Source: Thermodesulfobacteriota bacterium (GTDB lineage Bacteria > Desulfobacterota_D > UBA1144). From it: a DNA stretch of 10,065 nucleotides. Below the pieces are notes generated by a model. That model did not search any database. It had not been told where the DNA came from and was given only the letters and a program-made list of their open reading frames with translations. Below are positions 1 to 6,939 of this stretch, piece after piece (the first letter of the stretch is position 1; each line of letters starts with the position of its first letter). The position numbers and the translations under genes were made by a program. The stretch covers positions 1 through 10,065 of the forward strand of contig JAQWMJ010000052.1 of assembly GCA_029246845.1 (NCBI GenBank). The letters run 5' to 3'.

Positions 1-1394
1 ATGTTATAACTGATAATCAGTTGATTGAGATTCGTTATTCTGGAGCACCTGCTAAGTACTTAAGGATTTTTAAAGCTTTTTATTTTTCTATGTTTTTTAA
101 TCTAATAATATCTGCCTGGATAATCAGTGCTTTTCTTAAAATCTTTGATGTTATATTGGGTTTTGATAGCACAGCATTGTTGGTAATAGTTACATTTGTT
201 GCCTTATTCTATTCAACATCTTCAGGGCTAAAAGGCATTGTAATTAATGACTTTATTCAATATTTCGTTGCCTTTGCAGGCTCAATAATCTTAGTGGTTT
301 TCTTAATTAATTCAGACAAAATAGGTGGAATTGGAAATTACTTTAGCCTGGTTAAAAGTCTTTCACCAGAAAAGTTATCTATGATTCCTTCAATCTTTAA
401 TAGGGGGGACTTTATGCTTTTCTTGAGCTATTCAACAATAGTCTGGTGGTCCTCTCATAATTCTGATGGTGGAGGCTATATAATTCAAAGACTCTGCTCA
501 GCTAGGTCTGAAAGAGACGGTGTCCTGGGTACCATTTGGTTTGTGTTGAATCACTATGTATTAAGGTTTGCACCTTGGATAGTGATAGGTTTATGTGCTT
601 TAATACTTTATCCCACTGAAGGTTCCATGCTAGCCGACACTGAGGAGATTTATCCTCTTTTAATTAGGGACCATGTATCAGACGGTTTCAGGGGTTTCTT
701 GATTGTTACTCTTCTTGCCGCATACATGTCTACAATTAGTACTCAAATTAATTGGGGTTCATCTTATTTAGTAAACGATTTATATAAGAGATTTTATGTT
801 GGCGATAAAAGTGAAGAGCATTATGTCTTCGTATCAAAAATATTTACTATAATCTTTTTATTCCTAGCATTATTCGTAGGTATAGGAATTAAGAATATAG
901 GCTCAGCATGGATATTTCTCTGGTCTGTAAGCTCAGGTCTTGGTTTCTTTCTAATTGCAAGGTGGTTTTGGTGGAGAATTAATTCTTGGTCTGAAATATC
1001 TGCTTTAATTTGTTCTGTGTTTCTAAGTGGAACTTTCTATTTTTTAGACTACTTAGGCCTTATATCTATAAGTTTTACTCTAAAGCTAATAATTATACCA
1101 ATATCAATCCTTGTTGGTTTGATTGTTACAATTATCACTAGTCCTGAAGATGATAAGGTTCTGGATAATTTTTATAATAAAATTCGGCCAGACGGATTTT
1201 GGAAACAAAACAAAAGTAAAAGTATTAGTAAAATTGGAGCACCTTTATTTAAAGCCCTGAAGCTTAGTGTATCAATACTGATACTGATATATGCAATCAT
1301 AGAAATAGCTACAGGCAATTTCTTTTCAGGAATCGTAGCTTTATTTGCGGGATTTTTTCTTTTGATTCAAATTGTTAGAAGTATTGAGGATTAA
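1..1394 (+). CDS. Sodium:solute symporter (SSS/SLC5) family transporter, 5'-truncated by the window edge; substrate unknown
   Basis: The frame is open from nt 3 (VITDNQLIEIRY...), so TTG 21 is not the true start. Many hydrophobic TM segments. SSS-type motifs: IEIRY, SGLKGIVINDFIQ, YIIQRLCSARSE, GFLIVTLLAAYMSTISTQINWGSSYLVNDLY, RWFWWRIN. Confidence 0.9.
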   Translation, partial: VITDNQLIEIRYSGAPAKYLRIFKAFYFSMFFNLIISAWIISAFLKIFDVILGFDSTALLVIVTFVALFYSTSSGLKGIVINDFIQYFVAFAGSIILVVFLINSDKIGGIGNYFSLVKSLSPEKLSMIPSIFNRGDFMLFLSYSTIVWWSSHNSDGGGYIIQRLCSARSERDGVLGTIWFVLNHYVLRFAPWIVIGLCALILYPTEGSMLADTEEIYPLLIRDHVSDGFRGFLIVTLLAAYMSTISTQINWGSSYLVNDLYKRFYVGDKSEEHYVFVSKIFTIIFLFLALFVGIGIKNIGSAWIFLWSVSSGLGFFLIARWFWWRINSWSEISALICSVFLSGTFYFLDYLGLISISFTLKLIIIPISILVGLIVTIITSPEDDKVLDNFYNKIRPDGFWKQNKSKSISKIGAPLFKALKLSVSILILIYAIIEIATGNFFSGIVALFAGFFLLIQIVRSIED

Positions 1395-1397
1395 AAT

Positions 1398-1721
1398 TTA
1401 AACTGTAAAGGATGATCCACAACCACATGAAGCTTTAGCATTAGGGTTTTCAATTCCAAAACCTGTTCCGTTTAAACCATCGGAGAAATTAAGAGTTCCT
1501 CCCTCTAGGTGAGTGAAGCTAAATTTATCTATAACAACTCTTACATTAGAATTTTCGAAAACCTGATCTGAATCGTCAACTGAATCATCAAACCCCATCT
1601 CATATGAAAAACCCGAACAGCCTCCAGGAACTACTTTGATTCTCAAGAAAGACTCGGAAGACTCTTCGTCAACAAGAAGTCTAGTTATCTCACCAACAGC
1701 TTTTTCACTTATATTAAACAT
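1398..1721 (-). CDS. erpA: A-type iron-sulfur cluster carrier/assembly accessory protein (HesB/IscA/ErpA family)
   Basis: 107 aa with GGCSGFSY and C-terminal CGCGSSF (three conserved Cys), plus F-x-I-x-NPNA. It stands alone outside an isc/suf operon, so it is ErpA-like; the subfamily name is less certain than the family. Confidence 0.92.
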   Translation of the reverse strand: MFNISEKAVGEITRLLVDEESSESFLRIKVVPGGCSGFSYEMGFDDSVDDSDQVFENSNVRVVIDKFSFTHLEGGTLNFSDGLNGTGFGIENPNAKASCGCGSSFTV

Positions 1722-1728
1722 ATATATA

Positions 1729-1757
1729 ATAATAAGTAATTAGCATATACTTGGCAA
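1729..1757 (-). promoter_or_regulatory. Putative sigma70-type promoter for erpA (leaderless)
   Basis: Minus strand TTGCCA (1757-1752), 17-nt spacer, TATTAT (1734-1729), 7 nt, then ATG at 1721. No SD upstream. Confidence 0.6.
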
Positions 1758-1762
1758 TATTT

Positions 1763-1791
1763 TTGTTTGGATAATTAATGCTGTATATTAT
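1763..1791 (+). promoter_or_regulatory. Putative sigma70-type promoter for the peptidase-mazG pair (leaderless)
   Basis: TTGTTT (1763-1768), 17-nt spacer, TATTAT (1786-1791), 6 nt, then ATG at 1798. No SD upstream. Confidence 0.5.
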
Positions 1792-1797
1792 TTTTTA

Positions 1798-2907
1798 ATG
1801 AAAGTCATGAATTTAATCTACGATGATACTAAGAATTCATCTGATTTGCTATATAGAACAAGATTTAAAGCACCTGACCCTATTATTTTCTTTGAAATTA
1901 GAAAAAAGAAATATTTAGTTCTAAATGATTTAGAGATTCAAAGAGGGAAAAAGCAGGCTATGGTAGATGAAATCTTATCTCTTAGAGAGATATCTGAAGA
2001 AATAAAAAGTAATCAGATTGTTGATATCATTAAAGCATTGATAAAGAAATTTAATGTTTCTAAAGTAAAAGTACCCTACAGTTTCCCATCTTATGTATTT
2101 AATGAGATAAAGAAATTTAAGATTAAAATTGAAGTTTCCAGTAGTCCAATTTTTTTTAAGTCACGCCTAATAAAAGATTCAAACGAGATTAACAAAATAA
2201 AAAATACAATGAAGTTGACCGAACTAGTCTTAGTTAAAATTATTGATAAGATAAAATATTCTAAAGTTAGAAATAATTTTCTTTATCTAGACAATAAAAT
2301 CCTCACCTCCCAGATTCTCAGAAGTTTTTGTCAAAAAGAATTAGCTTCGCTTGGTCTAGAGTGCCCAGATTGTATTATTTCATCTGGAAAAGACTCTGCG
2401 TTGCCACACCATGAAGGGTTTGGCCCTATAAAAGAATCTTCACCAATTATTCTTGATATCTTTCCACGTAATATAGAAAGTGGATATTTTGCTGATATTA
2501 CAAGAACTGTAATTAAAGGAAAGCCAAGTGATATTCTAAAAGATATGTTTCAGGTTGTACTTCAAGGGCAAAAGATAGGGGTTCAACTAGTTAAAGCAGG
2601 TAGAAATTCTAAGACAATCCATAACTCTATAAAAGATTTCTTTGATGACTCCGGTTTTCATACAGATTTCGCTAAGAATAATCCCGATGGATTTATACAT
2701 TCCACAGGCCATGGATTAGGTCTGGACATTCACGAGCCACCAAGGGTCTCATCATTAAGTGAAGTATTAAAATCTAATAATGTAATTACAATTGAACCCG
2801 GACTTTACTATCCTAAAATTGGGGGAATTAGAATAGAAGACACTGTTGTTGTTACTGAAAAGGGTTGTAGGAACTTAACCTCTTTCCCTAAAATATTTGA
2901 GATATGA
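1798..2907 (+). CDS. Xaa-Pro aminopeptidase/prolidase, peptidase family M24B
   Basis: 369 aa with pita-bread metal-ligand motifs: PHH, LDIFPR, GYFADITRT, HSTGHGLGLDIHE, TIEPGLY, GIRIEDTVVVT. N-terminal creatinase-like domain (DLLYRTRFKAPDP). Confidence 0.93.
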   Translation: MKVMNLIYDDTKNSSDLLYRTRFKAPDPIIFFEIRKKKYLVLNDLEIQRGKKQAMVDEILSLREISEEIKSNQIVDIIKALIKKFNVSKVKVPYSFPSYVFNEIKKFKIKIEVSSSPIFFKSRLIKDSNEINKIKNTMKLTELVLVKIIDKIKYSKVRNNFLYLDNKILTSQILRSFCQKELASLGLECPDCIISSGKDSALPHHEGFGPIKESSPIILDIFPRNIESGYFADITRTVIKGKPSDILKDMFQVVLQGQKIGVQLVKAGRNSKTIHNSIKDFFDDSGFHTDFAKNNPDGFIHSTGHGLGLDIHEPPRVSSLSEVLKSNNVITIEPGLYYPKIGGIRIEDTVVVTEKGCRNLTSFPKIFEI

Positions 2908-3667
2908 TTTGAGTGATATAGCAAAAGAATTAAGGAATTTAATAAGGACCACGAAGGCTTTAAGAGCTAAAAATGGATGCCCCTGGGATAAAAAGCAAAC
3001 CTTTGAAACATTAAGGACTTATGTAATAGAGGAAGCTTATGAGGTTGTCGAGGCAATAGATAGTGAAGATATCTTAAACTTAAAGGAAGAGGTGGGTGAT
3101 CTTCTCTTGCAAGTTTTATTTCTATCAAATATTGCGGAAGAAAAAAATTTATTCAATCTAAGCCACGTCCTTGTTGCTCTAAACGATAAACTAATTAGAC
3201 GTCACCCACATGTTTTTGGTGATAGAAAAGCTCAGGACGAAGAAGAAGCATTAAGTATATGGAACGAGCAAAAATCTAAAGAGAATAAAAACAAGAGCAA
3301 TGAATTCTCAAAATTTGCTCCTTCGTTAATTCGTGCAATAGACATCTCTAAGTCGTATTCTAAGTCTGGTCTAGATTTTCCATCTGAAGAAAGTATTTTA
3401 CTAAAACTAGCTTCTGAAATAAAGGAGTTCAAGGAAGCGAGTTTATCTAAAGATGCAGCTAGTATAGAAGATGAGCTAGGGGATATATTGTTTACTGTTG
3501 CTAATATTTGTAGAATAAAAAAAGTTAATCCTGAAATTGCATTAAATAATAGTAGTGACAAGTTCAATGAAAGAGCAAAGATATTTTTAAGATTAAGGTC
3601 TGAAGGCGCGAAAGATGAAGACGCATGGGATAAAGCTAAATTAATTCTTAATGAAAGAAGCAAGTAG
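2897..3667 (+). CDS. mazG: Nucleoside triphosphate pyrophosphohydrolase MazG (tandem two-domain type)
   Basis: LR..GCPWD..QT, EEAYEVVEAI, EEVGDLL, KLIRRHPHVF, W...K..E, and second-domain DELGDILF. Start is TTG 2897 (11-nt overlap with the peptidase) or TTG 2909. Confidence 0.94.
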   Translation: MRYDLSDIAKELRNLIRTTKALRAKNGCPWDKKQTFETLRTYVIEEAYEVVEAIDSEDILNLKEEVGDLLLQVLFLSNIAEEKNLFNLSHVLVALNDKLIRRHPHVFGDRKAQDEEEALSIWNEQKSKENKNKSNEFSKFAPSLIRAIDISKSYSKSGLDFPSEESILLKLASEIKEFKEASLSKDAASIEDELGDILFTVANICRIKKVNPEIALNNSSDKFNERAKIFLRLRSEGAKDEDAWDKAKLILNERSK

Positions 3668-4840
3668 CTTATGACCATCATCATGGATTAAGCTTGATTC
3701 GTTTGCTGATCTTTCGCTAAATGTGGTTTGGTTATGCTTGTTTTTGTTTAATCTAGAATCAAAGATTAAGTATGGTACATATTCGTAACTATGAGTTCTT
3801 ATATCTACCGGTGTAGGATGATCAGATACAATACAGATCTTATATTCATCATGCCCTGCTTTGAGTCCTTCCATTATAGGACCTACTACTTTTTCATCAA
3901 GGTCACATATTGCCTGAATTTTCTTTTCATAGTCTCCTTCATGTCCCGTTTCATCCGGAGCTTCTATGTGAATCATGCAGAAGTCATCTTTTTTTAAACT
4001 CTCAAGTGCAGCACTAACCTTGCCCTTATAATTTGTATCTAAATACCCTGTTGCACCTTCTACATTAAGCACATTTAGTCCGCTTAGTTTGCCAATTCCT
4101 TTGATTAGGTCGACCGCAGAAATTACAGAACCATTTATTTTATGAATAGAGCTAAAATGGGGTAATGTAGGTTTTTTTCCTTGCCCCCAAAGCCAGATGT
4201 CGCTACAATCTGAATTTTTCAACTCAGGCATAAGATTTTTTACCTTTTTTATTTTAATTCTAGCTTGTCTCATTAAATCTCTTAATCTAACAGAGCCAGG
4301 GCCTGTTGGCAGATACTGAATAATATCTTTTTCAAGTATGTCATGAGGGGGGGTAGTTTCCATATTATTACAGCCACCTTTCCAAACTAAAATATGTCTA
4401 TAACTAACCCCTTGATATAATTTGAACTCAGCGTCTTCGAGCTCTTCTCTTAAAGCACTTATAATTTTCTTGGATACCTCTGTATCTATATGTCCGGCTG
4501 AATGATCATTCATAAATTCTTTTCCATTCTTATTTACAATATTAACTAAATTGCACCTGTAGCATATATCGGCTGGCTCTAAATCAATACCTATACTTTC
4601 TGCTTCAATAGGTGACCTACCTGTAAAATATTCCTCCGGGTTATATCCTAAGACACTTAGATTGCCTACGTCACTGCCAGACTTCATTCCTTTAGGTATA
4701 TGATTGACTGTACCCATTTCGGATAATTGTACTAATTGGTCCATAAAAGGAGTTTTTGCAGCTTCTAATGGCGTCTTTCCTTGAAGCTCCTCTAATGGTC
4801 TGTCAGGCATTCCATCAGCTTGAATTAAAACAAACTTCAA
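3641..4840 (-). CDS. apgM: Cofactor-independent phosphoglycerate mutase, ApgM/archaeal-type (alkaline phosphatase superfamily)
   Basis: DGMPD...L.GKTPLE.A.TP.MD, GSDVGNLSVLGY (catalytic Ser), GR.PIEA, YRH, PPHD, WLWGQG, HIEAPDETGH, SDHPTP..RTH. TTG start with AGGTG SD 7 nt upstream and a TTGA overlap with the lipA stop. Confidence 0.9.
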   Translation of the reverse strand: MKFVLIQADGMPDRPLEELQGKTPLEAAKTPFMDQLVQLSEMGTVNHIPKGMKSGSDVGNLSVLGYNPEEYFTGRSPIEAESIGIDLEPADICYRCNLVNIVNKNGKEFMNDHSAGHIDTEVSKKIISALREELEDAEFKLYQGVSYRHILVWKGGCNNMETTPPHDILEKDIIQYLPTGPGSVRLRDLMRQARIKIKKVKNLMPELKNSDCSDIWLWGQGKKPTLPHFSSIHKINGSVISAVDLIKGIGKLSGLNVLNVEGATGYLDTNYKGKVSAALESLKKDDFCMIHIEAPDETGHEGDYEKKIQAICDLDEKVVGPIMEGLKAGHDEYKICIVSDHPTPVDIRTHSYEYVPYLIFDSRLNKNKHNQTTFSERSANESSLIHDDGHKLLASFIKN

Positions 4841-5763
4841 TTGATGACACCTTTTTCTAGATTTGACTTTGCATTTTTTAATTGCGATTCCGCATGATAA
4901 GAACTTCTAACCATTGGACCGCATTCAGCACTGATAATATTATTTTTTTGTTCAGAATACTTCTTTATTTCTTCAAATTCTTTTGGTGTATAGAACTTTG
5001 AAACATTAATGAAATCTTTAGAGGGCTGAAGGTATTGGCCTACTGTAATAATTTGACACCCTACAGAGTTTAAATCATTAATGCATTCAAATATCTCATC
5101 CTCGGTTTCCCCAAGTCCAATCATTATCCCAGATTTAGTAACTATATTTTTTGCTTCACTAAAGAATTTTAAAAGTGATAGTGATCTTTCGTATATAGCT
5201 TGAGGCCTAACAGCTCTTTTGATATCTGTACCGGTACTTTGCTTAAATCTATAAAGTCTATTGACTGTTTCGATGTTATGATTAACCACGTCTGGCTTAG
5301 CTTCAAGTATCAACTTATAGCATTCTTCATCACCTAGAAAGTCTGGGATTAAAACTTCGATTTTAATATCCAAATCAAGATTTTTAATTTCTTTAATTGA
5401 ATCTGCAAATATTCTTGCGCTTTCATTATTTTTATCGTCCCTATTTACTGAGGTTAAAACAATATGATTTATCAATGCGTTGTTGTTTTTTAAGTCAAGA
5501 ATTCCTCTAGCTAATCTTTTAGGTTCTAGATAATCAATGTTTAGACCTCTGCCAGTTTTTACAGCACAAAAACCACAACTTCGACTGCAAGTATCACCTA
5601 AAATCATAAAAGTTAGCGTTCCTAAGCTCCAGCATTCTCCAATATTTGGACACTTAGCCTCTACACAAACAGTATTAAGCTTATTTTTTGAAACTATAGA
5701 TTTAAGGTCGTTAAAGTTGCTCCCAGTTGGGATCTCTGATTTTATCCAAGCTGGTTTTCTCAT
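4837..5763 (-). CDS. lipA: Lipoyl synthase (radical SAM)
   Basis: Auxiliary-cluster motif CVEAKCPNIGEC (CX4CX5C), radical-SAM motif CSRSCGFC, TSVNRDD, NHNIETV, KSGIMIGLGE, GQYLQPS, VRSSYHA. Confidence 0.97.
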   Translation of the reverse strand: MRKPAWIKSEIPTGSNFNDLKSIVSKNKLNTVCVEAKCPNIGECWSLGTLTFMILGDTCSRSCGFCAVKTGRGLNIDYLEPKRLARGILDLKNNNALINHIVLTSVNRDDKNNESARIFADSIKEIKNLDLDIKIEVLIPDFLGDEECYKLILEAKPDVVNHNIETVNRLYRFKQSTGTDIKRAVRPQAIYERSLSLLKFFSEAKNIVTKSGIMIGLGETEDEIFECINDLNSVGCQIITVGQYLQPSKDFINVSKFYTPKEFEEIKKYSEQKNNIISAECGPMVRSSYHAESQLKNAKSNLEKGVIN

Positions 5764-6059
5764 AACCTTTTATCATCCCTCGAAACACTACCACTCTCCA
5801 GAGCTGCTATTTGTTTCTTCAACTCATTGTTTTTTAAGCTTTTTCTATAAAGGCTAGATCCAATAAGGATTAATGATATGAGAGACCCTAGAATAAAGGC
5901 AGAAATCATTAGAATAGAATTATTCATTTGAATATCAGTTATTTGAAAGATTTTCATGTCATAGTTAATCGAAAAAGCATGAATAAATATAAGTTGATTT
6001 TGAAAGATAAAAGTGATTGAAGCAATAAATAAGAGTATTATGAGCAAAGTTTTTAGCAT
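5760..6059 (-). CDS. Small membrane protein, LapA (lipopolysaccharide assembly protein A / DUF1049)-like
   Basis: 99 aa: TM1 ending F..QN, short loop, TM2 (ILMISAFILGSLISLILI), then basic coiled-coil (RKSLKNNELKKQIAALE). This is the LapA architecture, at the expected position downstream of the cmk/sppA cluster. ATGA overlap with lipA. Confidence 0.7.
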   Translation of the reverse strand: MLKTLLIILLFIASITFIFQNQLIFIHAFSINYDMKIFQITDIQMNNSILMISAFILGSLISLILIGSSLYRKSLKNNELKKQIAALESGSVSRDDKRL

Positions 6060-6066
6060 AGAATAC

Positions 6067-6075
6067 AGTTTAACA
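6067..6075 (-). promoter_or_regulatory. Putative extended -10 internal promoter for lapA-like-lipA-apgM (leaderless)
   Basis: Minus strand TG-T-TAAACT (6075-6067), 7 nt, then ATG at 6059, inside the 19-bp sppA/lapA gap. No SD. Confidence 0.5.
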
Positions 6076-6078
6076 TAT

Positions 6079-6939
6079 TTAGAATTTAGGTGAATAAAGG
6101 TAGTAAAGCTTTTTATTTAGCATATTCGTTATTGCTGAGTTATCTATAGAAGGAATTATTCTATCAAGAAGTTTCTCTTCTTTCTTAGGGTAATACTCTA
6201 TGCTTAGATCCTCAATCTCTACTTCTCTCTTGATATATATGATAGCCGCTTCAAGTCCACCAATCTTATCGATTAATTTAAGTTCAAGCGCTTGGTTGCC
6301 AGAAAAAACTCTACCATCAGATACCAAATTAGATTCGTCTTCTGTTAAACCTCTTCTATCTGCAACACTTTTTTTAAACTGCTGATGGATATCGCTAACC
6401 AGCAAATTAAGTAACTTTTTTTCTTTATTATTTAAACTCCTAGTCGGACTACTAAGGTCTTTCATTTCACCAGACTTGATGACTTCAATATCAAACTTTA
6501 GAAACTTGATAAGTTTAGAAAAATTATAATATTGACTAATTACACCAATACTCCCAGTTATTGATCCGGCGTTAGCAAAAATATAGGAAGTTCCACAGGC
6601 TATTAAATATCCACCAGAGGCGCCTATATCAACAATACTTGCAACTGTAGGTATTTTCTTTGAAAGCTTAATTAATGAATTATGTATCTCCTGCGATGAA
6701 CCAACAGTCCCACCAGGAGAGTCTATTCTGACTATCACGCCTTTAACCGAAGAGTCCTCAGAAATTTCTTTGATGCTATTCAAGTATTCCTTTGGATTTT
6801 TTATAACCCCATGAATTTCTATTACTGCTATTCTTTCACTAGGCGAAAGAGAAAGCATTGCACTAATAATAAATAGGGCTAGTATTAGAAGAATTGCCAC
6901 TTTCTTTAAACTTAATTTTTTTTTAGCTTCATCCGGCAT
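6079..6939 (-). CDS. sppA: Signal peptide peptidase SppA, short (36K-type), peptidase family S49
   Basis: N-terminal TM anchor; IAVIEIHGVI, RIDSPGG, GASGGY (catalytic Ser), GSIGVI, KSGEMKD (Lys), DGRVFSG.QA...LID.IGG. Start revised from 6954 to ATG 6939 (286 aa) because of a GGAG SD 6 nt upstream and an 11-nt overlap with the ispH stop. Confidence 0.94.
   Translation of the reverse strand: MPDEAKKKLSLKKVAILLILALFIISAMLSLSPSERIAVIEIHGVIKNPKEYLNSIKEISEDSSVKGVIVRIDSPGGTVGSSQEIHNSLIKLSKKIPTVASIVDIGASGGYLIACGTSYIFANAGSITGSIGVISQYYNFSKLIKFLKFDIEVIKSGEMKDLSSPTRSLNNKEKKLLNLLVSDIHQQFKKSVADRRGLTEDESNLVSDGRVFSGNQALELKLIDKIGGLEAAIIYIKREVEIEDLSIEYYPKKEEKLLDRIIPSIDNSAITNMLNKKLYYLYSPKF

Noticed and set aside
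1742..1782. AGCAT...ATGCT inverted pair in the erpA/peptidase spacer as an operator (e.g. IscR)
   Set aside because: Only 5 bp arms far apart, with no match to a site I can support.
2897..3667. mazG as part of a toxin-antitoxin or anti-phage system
   Set aside because: No mazEF or defence genes nearby; it is the two-domain housekeeping type among core genes.
3232..3684. 150-aa minus-strand ORF
   Set aside because: Antisense shadow of mazG; Ser/Leu-rich, with no motifs.
3791..3997. 68-aa plus-strand ORF
   Set aside because: Lies entirely antisense within conserved apgM; no recognisable features.
4347..4353. G7/C7 homopolymer in apgM as a phase-variation tract
   Set aside because: Short, in frame, and encodes the conserved T-P-P of TPPHD in a housekeeping enzyme.
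5537..5857. 106-aa plus-strand ORF
   Set aside because: Antisense to the lipA Cys motifs and the lapA-like gene; alternative start codon, no motifs.
6200..6385. 61-aa plus-strand ORF
   Set aside because: Antisense shadow of sppA.
6916..6924. A9 tract (minus strand) near the sppA start as a slippage site fusing ispH and sppA
   Set aside because: It lies after the ispH stop, encodes KKK before the TM anchor, and is expected in AT-rich DNA.
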